Under the pieces are notes generated by a model. It was not told the origin of the DNA. It searched no databases and saw nothing but the letters and a program-made list of their open reading frames with translations. Source: Bugula neritina (Eukaryota; Animalia; Bryozoa). From it: a DNA stretch of 64,000 bases. A program made the position numbers and the translations under genes. The DNA lies in the NCBI GenBank assembly GCA_964035545.1, contig OZ037765.1:24303504-24367503 (forward strand). The letters are read 5' to 3'. Numbering within the stretch: position 1 is the first letter of the stretch; the number at the start of each line of letters is the position of its first letter. This document shows, piece after piece, positions 47,201 through 60,349 of this stretch.

Positions 47201-48050
47201 ACAATAAATAGTTAAAATTCAATACAAAAATAATTTAAATACAATCATGGATTTTCTTCATGCAATGCAATGTTACAAACACAATTTATTATTGTAGATT
47301 AGAATTATTTCTTTGCAAACATGAGAAAATGTATTCTCCCAAATTATAATCAGGAAAATGAAACTTTGCAACCAAAATAAAATACAACATTCTTTAAAGG
47401 TTGATCTGTCTTCAGTCAATTAGCATGTGTTTTGAAGCTGTGGAGTAGAAAATGAGAAATTTAGCAAGGGATTTCTAAAAATAATTTCTTTTAAATTCTG
47501 GTAATGAGTTTTTTCAAGTTGGAACATGAAAAACTCTAATGCTTAGAAGCTAGCACTGACCTGTATTTTTGAAAAAATAGAAATTTACTGATTCTACATG
47601 CATAAAGATTCATGCACTACTGTAGAACAAAGATTGTTTGATATAAAAAGAGCAAAAATGCCTCATGCGTGCATTTTTTAAACTTGTATTTAACTGATAT
47701 TTTCTTACCATATTGAAAAATCCATTTTAATTACAGCACATGGTTTTATGTTATGTAAATAAAATAACTTGCAAGCTTTTTATAAACTCCGAATAAATGC
47801 TAATGTACTTGCTGTGACATGTTGCAACACATGAAAATCACAGACTTGCACCACAAATACTCAGCACACACCTCTGACTTGCTTCGGTATGACTAAGTGA
47901 GCTTGAGGAAGCAGAGCTGCAGTAACTCCTCCAATACAGAGTCGCATAATGATGACGAAACTTCTTCAGGAAATAAGTTTTATATACAGAACTGTTCAGC
48001 ATGATTTGGGCACGTTGATACCAGTGACTCCATAAATGTGGAAGATGCAT
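41246..48050 (-). CDS. GLS: Glutaminase, kidney-type-like, with C-terminal ankyrin repeats and a putative mitochondrial transit peptide
   Basis: Exons ~47872-48050 (basic/Ser-rich presequence), 47125-47191, 46247-46365, 45531-45660 (IIPEF), 45081-45160 ([17 protein letters not shown]), 44481-44716 (CLQSGAKP catalytic Sxx[18 protein letters not shown]), 44097-44223 ([11 protein letters not shown]), 43423-43453, 42892-43069 ([22 protein letters not shown]), 42234-42333 ([11 protein letters not shown]), 41934-42120 ([15 protein letters not shown]), 41426-41566 ([16 protein letters not shown]) and 41246-41345. Confidence 0.95.
43860..43980 (-). mobile_element. tRNA-derived SINE, internally deleted/diverged copy (GLS intron)
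   Basis: Reverse complement AGTAGCCGCGGTCTAG...CCAGTCATAATTGCTCCTG...AAGTCCTTA matches the 22961 copy. Confidence 0.7.
44246..44403. repeat. 17-bp/30-bp GTAACTA-based minisatellite in a GLS intron
   Basis: GTAACTAATAACTGGTA about 4 times, then GTAACTAGCAATAACTAGTATTGA(A/C)TAGTA twice; lies next to the minus-strand acceptor at ~44224. Confidence 0.92.
46995..47112 (+). mobile_element. Highly degenerate, internally deleted copy of the same SINE
   Basis: GCAACAGCGGTCTACTGGTTAGAG ... CCTGTGCC ... CTTAGACCA ... AAAACCCT..CATCAGAT is collinear with the 22961 copy. Confidence 0.5.
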
Positions 48051-48929
48051 CTTTTAGACTAGGTAAAATGCTGAAATTTCGAATACATGTGTATAATTGA
48101 TTGTTATGATAAGTCTGATACAATAGCAAGTGCAAATAATTAGAGCAACAGGCATATCATAATTATGTATGTATGGATTTTGCTGCTAAATAAAAAAACT
48201 TTGCGCTGCAACTAAATTTATACTTATATTAATGAATAAGTTGTAATTTCCACATACAATTACTTTGAAAAATGTGTGTATTTTTCAATAGCTTTTGCAA
48301 AACAATATATTTTGCTGGCGCCAAATTAAAACGAAAACTAAAATCATAATTTATATATTCAATTGTTGATGCAACTAGGAATGAAATTCAATGACTAACA
48401 ATAAACAAGTCCGTATGTAGCAGTGTAACTTATTTAAGAACAAATATGAAAGAAAACTAATAATAATCACAAACAAATCAAATATAAATTATTAAACGCA
48501 ATAATTTTAAATTAAACATTGAAAGATATTACATGTATATATAATTAAATAAAAAATATGATTTGCCCAATAACAACCATAATTCTTATGTTTGAAATTG
48601 TAGGTAAACTCACTAAATGTGGTTGTTATCATTAAGGCATAATATTGCGATTATGTGAATAACACACTGAATCTGGATCAGTGTGACCTAAGCACTTATT
48701 TTTAGAGTAAGTCATGAATAAATAGCCCTATTTTAATTAAATGGCTAGTTGCAGCACCAACGTAAAACGTATTTATATTATTTTAACAAAGACAGAAAAA
48801 CAATAACTAAATCATTTAGTTTTAACATCATCACTTTCACCATCATCACAGCAGTCGGTCAATACAGCAGTAGCTATCTTCAAATTGGTCTAATCATGCA
48901 ACTGCCGATTATCTTTATCCATATCTTTT

Positions 48930-49470
48930 TAATATATCCCTTCACAGCATCTATAAAATCATAGCCTGGGCCTTTCTTTGTTATGGTTTGCCTTCTCCCA
49001 GCTGTGAGTAGAGTTGTCGAGGTAAGTGGTTATGGTCCATCCTTCCTAGATGTCCTAGTGATCTCAAATTTATCTGAATGAAGATATATTTTAAAGACGG
49101 TAGACCTGTCCTGTTTAACAGCTCAGCATATATATTCTCGTCCCTCCAAGAGATACCCATGATTGATTGAACGTATGCCAAATCACAAATGCTTGCGATG
49201 CATCAGTTTACACACTGCATATGGTTCATATCTCAGCATCATACAGTAACAGCATAGAACACAAGCTTTTCTCAATTTCTCCATTAATGCACCTATCTTG
49301 TCAACTACTGTCTTTCAAGGTATTTGAAAGTCTTGTACTATTTCAACAGTTATGGTGTCTGACTAAGATACTGAACTTGAAAGACTCAGGGGCTGATGAC
49401 CCAATCCGTCTTCATAATAATAATTTTGAGCCTAAATTCCTTTGAAGCATTAGCAAATCTGTCGGCTAGA
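48930..49470 (-). mobile_element. Decayed non-LTR retrotransposon fragment (RTE-like LINE, 3' end of RT ORF)
   Basis: Translation SIMGISWRD...ELLNRTGLPS...NLRSLGHLGRMDHNHLPRQLYSQL.EGK, an upstream LLLYDAEI*T and a downstream RPRL* resemble the LRWLGHVxRM/LLYGxETW/GRPRLR motifs that follow the RT domain of RTE LINEs. Stops and frameshifts are present. Confidence 0.8.
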
Positions 49471-52310
49471 GTTAGTATATGATCCAATAGAGCTATTACT
49501 ATAAGTGATCTATATTGAACAGGTCTACTTCTTTCTGTGTTTGTATATGAACCCACATAATAATATATTATTAGTAGTATTACTATCATTAATAAATTAT
49601 TATTAGCCTACCATTAGTATCAATACTAAGACTTAGTACTAACAGTTCGTATTAATAACAATAGTATAATTATAATATACGATTAAGATTATTTATCATT
49701 TTCACTTATACTGTTAAGAATTAATATTAGTTACAGTAATACTAATACTAAAGTAAAAGACATTAATATTAACTATTAGGTAATAATAAAGTATTAATAT
49801 TCCTATAACTGTATAAGTTAAGTATAAGCATAATTATATTTATTATTATAAGTATTGGTATTAGTATTACTATCACTATTACAATAATACTATTACTATT
49901 AGTATTAGGCAGTAAAACTAAATGTAATTAGCGTAACACTAACACCGTAACCCAAACCGAAACTGTAAGTGACACTGAGTGACTGACTGAGTAATTGCGA
50001 GTGTAACACTAACAGTAACTGTAAGTGTAACACTTACAGTTACAGTAATAATAACTAACAGTAACTGTAAGTATTGAATCTAGTATAGCTATAATTCAAA
50101 TTTAAATTGCAAGTCAAAGTGAAAGTAAATAAACTTCAAGTACAACTACTACTACTACTAGTACTACTACAAGTTGAACAAGTATAAATTAAATTAAATA
50201 TAATAATTATAAACTTTAAATTTAATCACTATTTAATGTAAAACTAAATAAAATTAATATTATAATCATCATCATGATTAGTATTTAATTTTATTAGTTT
50301 TGTCATATATTCACATCATAATTATAAAATTAAGTATTCTGTTGGTGATAGTATAACAATCCCATCATTCAATTTGAATTTCATTTTCAATGATAATGAT
50401 GCTACGGTACTTGACGTCCTGACTTATTTTTCTAAAAGCAATTCGAAATAATATGGCTTTCCATAGACAGTTCTGCTGTAAAGTATAATGACAATATAAT
50501 AACTATGAGTCTAGTAAATAAAGAGGGTATGACAACTCTTACTATGATGAATACTTTTTCAACATTAAGAAGAGAAGACAAATCCATATCTGCTGGACAT
50601 AAGTGTAGTACAAGTAGTAATAACTTCATAGTAGGAATGTTGTAAGCACATCTTTGCAAAAGAATTGTAAGAAATATTATAGTACTCAAAATCCCATGTT
50701 AATTATGAAAAAAAGGTTATATATATATGTGTGTGTGCGTGCGTATTCTATGCTAAAGTGTTTGTTTTAATTATGCATTATGCAATATTTTCACAAATAA
50801 TTCAAAATTATGGTACACACCATGTATCAAAATTTGAAGGAAAATATATATATTTGTAATTTGAGATTTTCAATTAAAGGCTTTAGAACTTAGTTGAAGC
50901 AGCTAAATATGTTTAATTAGTTATACAACCTAACTTTTTCGACAATAAGTGTTATGATATATTATATGTTTTAGCTAAGCACTGGACAAAGCACAATAGT
51001 AGGTACATGTTAGTTGATGTCAAATAAAATCTAAATTAAAATTGTTACTTTTCATTTGATTTTGATCATTGTTTTTTAATGGAATTGAGCACTTATATAT
51101 CACATACTTGCCACATTTACACTTAAATATTAATGCAGTAATCAACTTATTGAGAATTTATTCATCTTTTTATTTGACAAAAGCTAAAACAGCACATGTA
51201 TACAATTATAGTAATATAAGATAACAACAAAAGTTACAATAGAGGACAGTCTAAAAATATACAGCAACTATTTTTATCTAAGCAAAATTTTCATATTCAT
51301 TATCAATGCTCCACACCAAAATAATTGCATAGTTTTGTTTAGTTTCGTGTTGCACAAAAATGAATAGTCAATCTACTTCGCACATGATTATCTATACCTT
51401 TCATTGTTTATACCGAACGGTTATGATAGAACTCTAAATTTATGCCATAGTAAAATAAATTCATGTCTTATTTTCTGATAGCACTGTTACAAGGCAATGC
51501 CCTAACCTAGACCTACTCACACAACAAGCTACATCTAACTATCTTTAGCCTTACTATTTAAACATAAATGCTTACAACTTATTGCAATAAAAAATACAGA
51601 GCAACGAAAATCTACCAGCTTATTTACATCTAATGTTATACTATTATTATCCCACATTCATAATTCAAGCACATGGAATGACACAAAAGAATTACAAAAT
51701 ATTGTTCCTATAACTTAGCAATATGAATAATGTAAACAATAACTATCATTTCCTTAATGAAATGAAGCATAATCTAATCAAATGACTGCATGGAGCTTGT
51801 TTGGTGTAAAAGTATATGACTTTAATAATTGAGCATTTTAATGGTTATGAGCTCAGCTACAGAAAATCTAAAAGTGGTTTTGGTAGTTGCCTTACTGGCT
51901 GGAAAAGAAAATCAAAATTTAAGGAGTTGTCTCATTTGTGGGCTGTCCACAAACATAATCTTTTATACTGTATTGTCCGAAATAAACTTTGTAGTAGTGA
52001 CATAAACAGGAACTGCACAAATAAATGGAGTGTTTCAAAATTTTATGAGACTGTTGTAAACTCTTTAGCTATACTATTTTTAAAATCACGTTTTTAAGCT
52101 TTTTTTCAAATGATTTTTTGAAGCAATTATTGAAGCAACTGTCGATCATTATTCTCTTGAGTGCTAATCATTACTAAGGAAGTTTTATAGTTTACGAAAC
52201 TGGCAAGCACATATATGCATTAATCTACAGACATTTTTTAATGGAATATTCAATATATAGAATAAAATACAAGTATGGAACTTTGAAATGCTATATGCCT
52301 ATGCCCACCA

Positions 52311-55300
52311 TTACTTCACATTGCTCTTGCTTCCACTGGCTGATTGAACCTAAAATTAAAAAGATGTATGCAATACACATTCTATTTCCTAATACATAAC
52401 AATAGTGAGATATATAAAATGACATCTTATAAAAATAATCTTTTGCAATTAATAAATATGAACCAATGTCATGGTCAGTAGCAAATACCAGCTTTTAGAT
52501 AGCTGTATAGATAGATAAATTAGACAGACCTTACTACTTTTATCTACCAGGTATGAGGTAGTTGAATTGCAGTGTTAGACTGCAATTTGAAACTATACAC
52601 TAAACCAACAAGTTCCTTTTTCATAGTCAAATATCCAGTAAAACTTTGCTTTTATGAATCATGACAAACACAATATAATGCAGGTCTGTGTTCAACTGTA
52701 CAGCCAACATGTAAGTATAGACACATGAGGTGATATAAATATGCAGGGTTGTTGGAGTAATATGATGGTTGATATTCATTGCAGCAAGAAGTTTCACTCC
52801 GTATAAAGCATAAGTATGCAATCTCATAGATGTACTGTATAACATGTAGGCACAGAAAACATACAATGCTCAAAAATCTGTATTCTGGCCAAAAAATATT
52901 AAATATTCTTCATAAAAATTTATAACTTGGAGTATATATTTCTAATTGAGACAAACGAGTATTTAGTAAGCACTAATATAATAATAAACACATGTAGGTG
53001 CATAAAATTATCTCACAGTAGAAGTTACGATTAATGGTAGCCTAAACTTATACACTGCTTTCCATTATGTGAATAAATTTTTCATTCAGTACTAGGAAAC
53101 AGTTGCACCAATGAAACTACAACCATAAGTTCATGCAAACCACAACCGAAAATTCGTCTGCGTGAGCATCCATTCGCATAATGCCAAGTAATGAAAACGC
53201 AGTGATAGTGCACAACACTAATTCAAATTATTACCTAATTGTATGCTATACACCCTACAGAGTGATAGATATTTGCTCAATCAAAAATGCTCAATGATGC
53301 ATGAAAGTCCTAATAAATACAGTTTAGAATATCAACTGCACAACCCTTTTGTGACTATTGTGAGCTGCTAATGGAATGCATACTGGGTGCAAATAAAAGA
53401 AAGCCAGGGCTGGTTACTTAAAGAGCCACACTCCCAAACACATACCTTATCAGTGACGATTGTGCGACTAATTTCAGATCTACTAGTAGCAAAGATGCTG
53501 ACATGACAGCCGCTAAATAACTCCTCTACATATCCTTTATGTGTTGACAGTTTGGCTTTAGCCAGTGGCTTCACTTGTTCTCCAACCCTGTTGAATAAGA
53601 TTTTGAAAATGTTTAAAAGCAGCAGGTTACACCATACTAAACTTGTGAATTTCAGAGAAAAAGTTAAAGAGATTACAAAATAAAGAGGCAACATGATAAT
53701 ATACATTTTATACATAATATACATGATAATATACATTTATGCTTTGAATCTTGAACTGCATTTAAACATTGACAATTTGACGATAATTTTTTGGTTATGT
53801 ATTGAAACAACACATAAATAGTTTCATTCCTATAAAATAATGTGGGCTTTTCAAAACAAACATATTAGCATAATAACAATTATTTAAAAATGAAAATGTT
53901 ATTAGGATGCTTACCAAATAATATAAACAAATTTAACTGTCACATGCCCATCAATAGTATCCGTGGTTCGATATAGAAAGTAAAATGGTTTATCATCTGC
54001 CAAGCAAAGCTTCAGTTCATCCACATTGCCATCTCCTTTACTAACACACTAAAATATTCCTCCAAAACTTGATACATGGCCACAAAGCAACGAATTTAGA
54101 ATTACATCACAAATGAAAAAATGCTGATAATGAAAAATATTCAATAAGCTTTATACCAATACATTTAACCAGCGCCATATTTCTTTTAAACATTTTTCAC
54201 ACTTTGCTAGTGATCACAAATAGACCACAAAGTTCATTCTTTTTATTTGATTAGTCATTGAAAATTAAATTCAAGGTCCATATATGTCTACTGATCCAGA
54301 GAAAATCTCCTGACCTCTAGTGAGTTTTTATAAAGCCAGCAAATCCACTAGCCCTCCTACAATTTTGTACGTATAAGAAATTTTGTATTATGTTTTGAGT
54401 TGGCTGAATTGAAATGCCAGAATACAGAGCAGCTCAACACTGCACGTTTTCAGTGAATTACACTTGCCTAAAATAACACTGAAAAAAACAAGCAGTTGCA
54501 AAAAAGAAATCACAATTTTTCTTTGCTTGTAACGTTGGTTTAAGTTTTACAGTGTCTTTATAAGGAATTAGTACAGGGAGAAAACTTGTCCTATAGATGA
54601 TTTCTAAATACAAATCATACTTTGAGTGGTTTCTTCACATCATCATCTTCATATCCAATACACGCCCACGTTGTAGCAGAATCATCAGACCTGACATCTA
54701 ATATAGCTTCAGTTACATCTTCACCGTGTTTAACAGCAGCACCCCCTGCGCTTACAGGAACCAGGTTAGCCTTAGACTTGCCAGGACCTTTGCTTAATGG
54801 CACAGATGTGAAGCCCCTCATATGCCTCCCTTCAGTATTGTTGCCTTCAATTACTTTAGACTTTGTACCACTGGTTTCATTAATCTAAAACAAATCAAAC
54901 AGGTTATTACCTTTATACATTTAAAAAATTTCAAGACATTAATTTCTCAAAAGTTAAAGTTGCGATTGAGAAATAACCTAGCCTTAGCAAATTCTAATCA
55001 ACAGCAATACTTACCAATCTGTTGATGTTTTCTGCAGTTATGTCATCGACACTACTGGTCTCTAAATCAGCGTGGCATGTGGGTAAATTCTCTTTAACAC
55101 TACCATGCACGACTCCAAATCTACCCTTTTTAGTAAATGGTACTTTGTCACCAATCCTAAGATATAGTTATGAAGCATATTATTGATTTTTGAAACAATA
55201 AAAGATAAACACTCTAAATAAAACTCTCAACAAACTGTATGCTGCTATGTTGGGACTTACCAATGAATGTATACAAATTTAACAGCTACAGTAATGTCGA

Positions 55301-55529
55301 GCTGTTCACGAACTCTGAGAATAGCATATTGCACTTCTGCTTCATCTAGCTGAGAAGCCAAGTCCTCTATACCCTCACCCTCGTTCTCCAGAGATATAAC
55401 ATTAGGATTCCCTTCATCATGGTGAATGAGGACATATGCTTCAGCAGCAGAGTTACCATCAGCAGTGCGTAAACGAGCTATGGCATGTAGCAATTCATCA
55501 GAGTCTTTCAGTGTGACGCTAGTACTCAT
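52311..55529 (-). CDS. Actin-binding protein with two tandem coactosin/drebrin-type ADF-H domains
   Basis: Exons 55261-55529 (MSTSVTL...YAILRV...VKFVYIHW), 55015-55156 (IGDKVPFTKKGR), 54621-54883 (EAILDVRSDDSATTWACIGYE), 53914-54048 (FLYRTTD...VKFVYIIW), 53446-53587 (VGEQVKPLAKAKLSTHKG) and 52311-52349 (VQSASGSKSNVK*). Confidence 0.88.
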
Positions 55530-57429
55530 TGTGTCTTGGCAATCACTTCCTACAACAATATAAATTGTTTTTACAAGAAAGAGAAATAAAAAAACACAAT
55601 ACTTCGAATTAACCATATAACTCTGTAGCTCTGAATAATTGATATAAAATATTAAAACATATATTGCCAGTAATTTTTTGTTCTTATGCTTAAGCAAATT
55701 TAATATCATTTAACTATTACAACACTAATAGACAACAGTAAGAACAATATTTGTAAACATGAGATTCACCTACAATGGGCATCAATTATGTTGGTCTATG
55801 TTTCATTCAGCTAATTACGTAACTGTGACAATTGTTCACATATTGTCTTTTGTATTTCACTATTTGCAACTGCTATGTTTGTTGCCTGACTGACACGATG
55901 TTATGTTTATTTTATTATATTTTTATTGCTCTTACTCATACCTACAACAATTATTTCATGTAATAGATGTATATATTTTTATGTCTTAATACATTCTCTG
56001 GTTTAAAGAGTGAGACAAAATTAAAATCACATTAAAATATCAGAACACAATGCATTCGCTTTATTCACTAACGTATGGCATATAAAGTTAAACAACTATG
56101 AATTATGAGTATGGTAACTTTGAAAACTCTATATCTACTATTGATATTGTAAATTAATTATTTTGAACATTTAATTTTATATTGCTATCCATATTAATAA
56201 ATTTTAATATCTATATTAAATTCCAAATTAAACTTTGATAGGTAAATTGACTCCCTAATTATGATATAGATAATCTAATTGATCTTAAATGCTCTGTTTC
56301 CTATAGCTACAAGTACAGCTATAACTATTATTATAAGCATTACCATTACTATTAATATTAATAATAATAGTAATGGCAATGCTAACACTAACAGTAATAC
56401 TAATAGTAATGCTACCAAACAGTTATTATTACATTGTGATTAACATTTAGTTTTACTACTGGCAATACCCAATTTATTGGTAATATTATAATTATTATTA
56501 TTACTCATACTCAATACTCAATTGCTATTACTATTAGTATTACTATTGCTATTATTACTAGTATTAATATTAGTGATTACTGATTAGTCTACTAGTACAA
56601 CATGAACATTACGATTATCATTATCACTATCATTATGCTCATAATAAAGTAGAAGTTTAACAAAAAGAAATAACGATAACTATAACTGTATCAGCATAAG
56701 TCAATAACATTAACATTTTGATTAACAATGATTGATAATGATTGTATTGCTACAATGACAATAACAATCAAAATCAGTATCACAATAGTCAATGAGCATG
56801 ACTCAGACTAGTCACTAGACTTAGTCAACGCCACGCTCACAGGCTCAGAGTGAGTCGAGAGAATGACTGGCTGTGGCAATTACTGATCAGTATCAAAAAC
56901 TTAAAGATAATTACTGAAAGTGAAAGTAAAGCCTAATCTTTATAATAATGATGAAAGTCAAAGTGAAACACTGTAAGTGTAACACTAACACTAACAGTAA
57001 TTTAAGATTAACAGTAACTCTTAGTCAAGTGTAAGTCAAAACGTACACCAATACTCATACTCATAGTGATAGTCATACGGATATTCATAGTCATACTGAT
57101 ACTGATAGTGATACTCATACTGATACTCAAGTGTGTAGCCATAGGAGCTCTAGATTTTTGTATTTTACAGCTTAGCACTATTAGTATTATTACTATTATG
57201 TTTAACTTTTGGTATTAATTGAATTATTAGATTAATATTATTAATACTAATAGTAAAACTATTATCCTTATACTTAGACTTATAGTTATAGCAATAAACA
57301 TAATTATAATGTTAATGGCCAATGACAGTAAGTTTGCTTTGCCTTCAGCGAGTACTTTGCAGATTGCTAGATGCAGCACAAAGTTCGAAGTCAATAAGTG
57401 TAGCATTTGTATACGTATCATTGTCCAAA

Positions 57430-57760
57430 TTTAAAACCGTAGACCCAAAGCTCGAGATCTCAATCACTGCACTCAATGACTACATACTTTGTGCTATCTC
57501 AAACGATTCTTGATCACTTTACTAAAAACAGGAAGTAAAATAGCCCAAGTTTTTACTACACTTTGTGCTGTTGTCAAACGAACAGTACTGAGCTTTCCTT
57601 GAGAAAACTTTTATAGTAAGAATAGCACTACAATTAAATTGCAGCGAGCAAAGCTTTACATTGAGCATAGTTGCAATGAACTGTTCAATCGTCTTCTAAT
57701 GTGATTATAGGAATCCAAATACATTGTTTTCAACACGTCATTTATGGTGCCAACATTCGT
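57430..57760. promoter_or_regulatory. Probable bidirectional promoter, ADF-H gene(-)/BET1L(+)
   Basis: Complex, CpG-containing segment with ETS motif CAGGAAGT (~57529) between two head-to-head genes, flanked by candidate first donors (~57487 minus; ~57617 or ~57783 plus). Confidence 0.5.
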
Positions 57761-59563
57761 ATCACTTTATGAGTTTATCAAAGTAAATCGATTATTAATC
57801 ATGCTAGTAGGAATACTAATAGTTATAGTAACACTAATCTGTATTACTATAACTGCATAACTATAAATATAACTATGTCATAAGTATTAGTAATACTAAT
57901 AGTGTTGGTATAATTATTGCTGTTACATTACTTATTACTATTAGTATAAGTATTACTATTAGTATTAGTATTAGTAAAATAGTATAACTATAAGTATAAG
58001 TTAAAGTATGACTATAAGTATAAGTATAAATAAATTTAAATAATATTAAATTATTAATAGTTAAGTTTTAGTATAAAATTTAAGTATAACATTTACATTA
58101 ACAGTTTTAGACTTTTAGTTTGAATTTCCAATTTAATTCATTTTTATCAAGTTTTACGAATAGTGAATCATTATTAATATTATAAATTTATAATTATTAA
58201 TATTATGAATTACAGATTTACTTTTTATGTTGTCTGTTAGCGTTACTGTTTAAGTTTTGCTTTGAGTTTGTATTGAACTTTATTACAATTTTAACTTGTG
58301 CTGATACTAAGCCTAAGGCTAATGAAGATTATAAATATCAATTAGTATTACTGTTAGTATTAGTGTAATTGTAACTATTACTATTAGTAATACTAATAGT
58401 AATAGTAATAGTATTACGATAAGTATAAGATTAGTTTAAGTTCATGTTAAAATATAGACTATCACTATGACTATCAGTATCCTGATAAGCCAAGGCATAA
58501 GCAGTAATGGAGATTTTGATGGCTCATAATAATAATATTAGTAATAAATCTTGAACTTGAGGTATCAGTGATAAATAATTTTATTTTTTAGATCATTATG
58601 ATACAATAATAAATAGTGTAAATTAATAGTTAAATGCTATTACTTTACTGCTGTTGCTTGTAAGAATTATCTAATTTATAGTTATGGTAGTGAAAAGAAT
58701 AACTAAGCATAGTTGCAAGTGATTAGGGATACTATTTTCTGCAGATGTGGACAGTCTTTGGTTTAGCTTACAGTTATTATAATTATGGTTAGGTTGCTTA
58801 CAATTTTATATTTGTGGTTATTATCATAATTATATTTTTTGGTTAGCTTATTCTCATAAACTGCCCAATGCGAGAGGCTGATTTGCCCAAGCAAAAGTTA
58901 TATAGTGATATTCTGGAGTTTTTTCCTAGCTATGTTTTCTGTGACTGCTCCATTCGGTTATCCTGTATTTTTTGTAGGGATTTTTAGCACACCATTATAC
59001 TGAGATAGTAACTTTTTATTAGATAATATGCATGTTATGCATGCTTACTTGGTAACATTTTTTCAGATTGTTCATGTTATTATACTGCAGTATTGCTAGC
59101 TAAGTTAAACAAACATCTCAGATTGTCTGTGACATAGGGGGTTTAAGCAGTGTTTATAAAATACTCTTTAATATAGTCCTTTTTGGTTTAATACAGTGCT
59201 TTTAATAGTCAGTGAAGTCTGCTTGTTTTCTGTCTGCGACTTAATTAGGAACACAGTAGCACCAGTGTTTGAAATCACTAAACTCCGACTCTTCAAACGA
59301 CTTTATTTTTATACTTGCATATCCTAGTAATGACCATTTACAATCATAGATAGACGTTAGAAATCTATAGATCTACATATTTAAATTCATAGATTTGTAT
59401 GCTAGTTCTGCCTTTCATTTCACCCATGAAACAATTACGGATACTTGATGTTTCACCATTTCAGTCCCATTGGCTAAGTTATATGTAAAAACCAGGTCCG
59501 GTACTGCTCAAGTCATTTTGATAGCATGTGTAGAGTTCATGAATTCTTATATGAATAGGCAAA

Positions 59564-60187
59564 ATGAATGATGATCTCTTGGACAGAGAAAATCGTCAAA
59601 GGAGTGAGGTTCTTGCAAGTAAAATGGGCCGACTAAAAGATGTAAGTAAATGTTGAACTTATTGTTTATTGCTCCTAGTAATGGTTTAATAAAGTGCTAT
59701 TAAAGCTTTAGTCTCATGTAATGTTCCTATACATAGTACATATAGCTATTAGATATAGTATACACGCAGTAAATAAGCTTGTGCTCAACATTTTTGATGA
59801 ATTAGATATATATCTGATTGCTAACACATAGTAAACATATTCTTATGAATTGGTATTGCAGATTGCTATAGACTTACAGATGGAGGCTATTGATCAAAAC
59901 AGACATTTGGATGGAATGGTAGGTTACAGAATATGGACTACAAATATTGAGGAGACTAGCAGAATTAGATTTTGACAAATAATAAGTTATTGAGTAATAT
60001 ATTTCATCTGCAGGGAACTGAATTTGATTCAACAGAAGGGTTGTTGTCTGGCAGCGTGAAAAGAATCGGCAATATGATGAATTCCGGAAAAGGAAATCGT
60101 AAATTGATATGTTATATGATAGCATTAGCAGTTGTGATGTTTTTTGTAATATACTTTATAGCTAAATGGTCAAGCAAAGCAAGCTAA
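59564..60187 (+). CDS. BET1L: BET1-like Golgi Qc-SNARE (GS15)
   Basis: Exons 59564-59641 (DDLLDRENRQRSEVLASKMGRLKD), 59862-59918 (IAIDL...DQNRHLDGM) and 60014-60187 (GLLSGSVKR...GNRKLICYM plus C-terminal TM anchor). A short upstream coding exon may exist (acceptor at 59558). Confidence 0.88.
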
Positions 60188-60349
60188 TTTATTATTAAGT
60201 TATTCTTTATTGTATTATATTTAATATTATGTATAAATGCATTTATTTTTACATCAAGAACATCTTTTTTTCTTTCAAGAGTACCATAACTATAAAAAAT
60301 GTACAATTACATACAGCACATATCAAAATGGGGTTTGGTGTTGTACTTA

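Noticed and set aside
58744-58760. Possible BET1L first coding micro-exon (ATGTGGACAGTCTTTG)
   Set aside because: Phase-compatible, but the donor is weak and there is no recognisable homology; it cannot be supported without transcripts.
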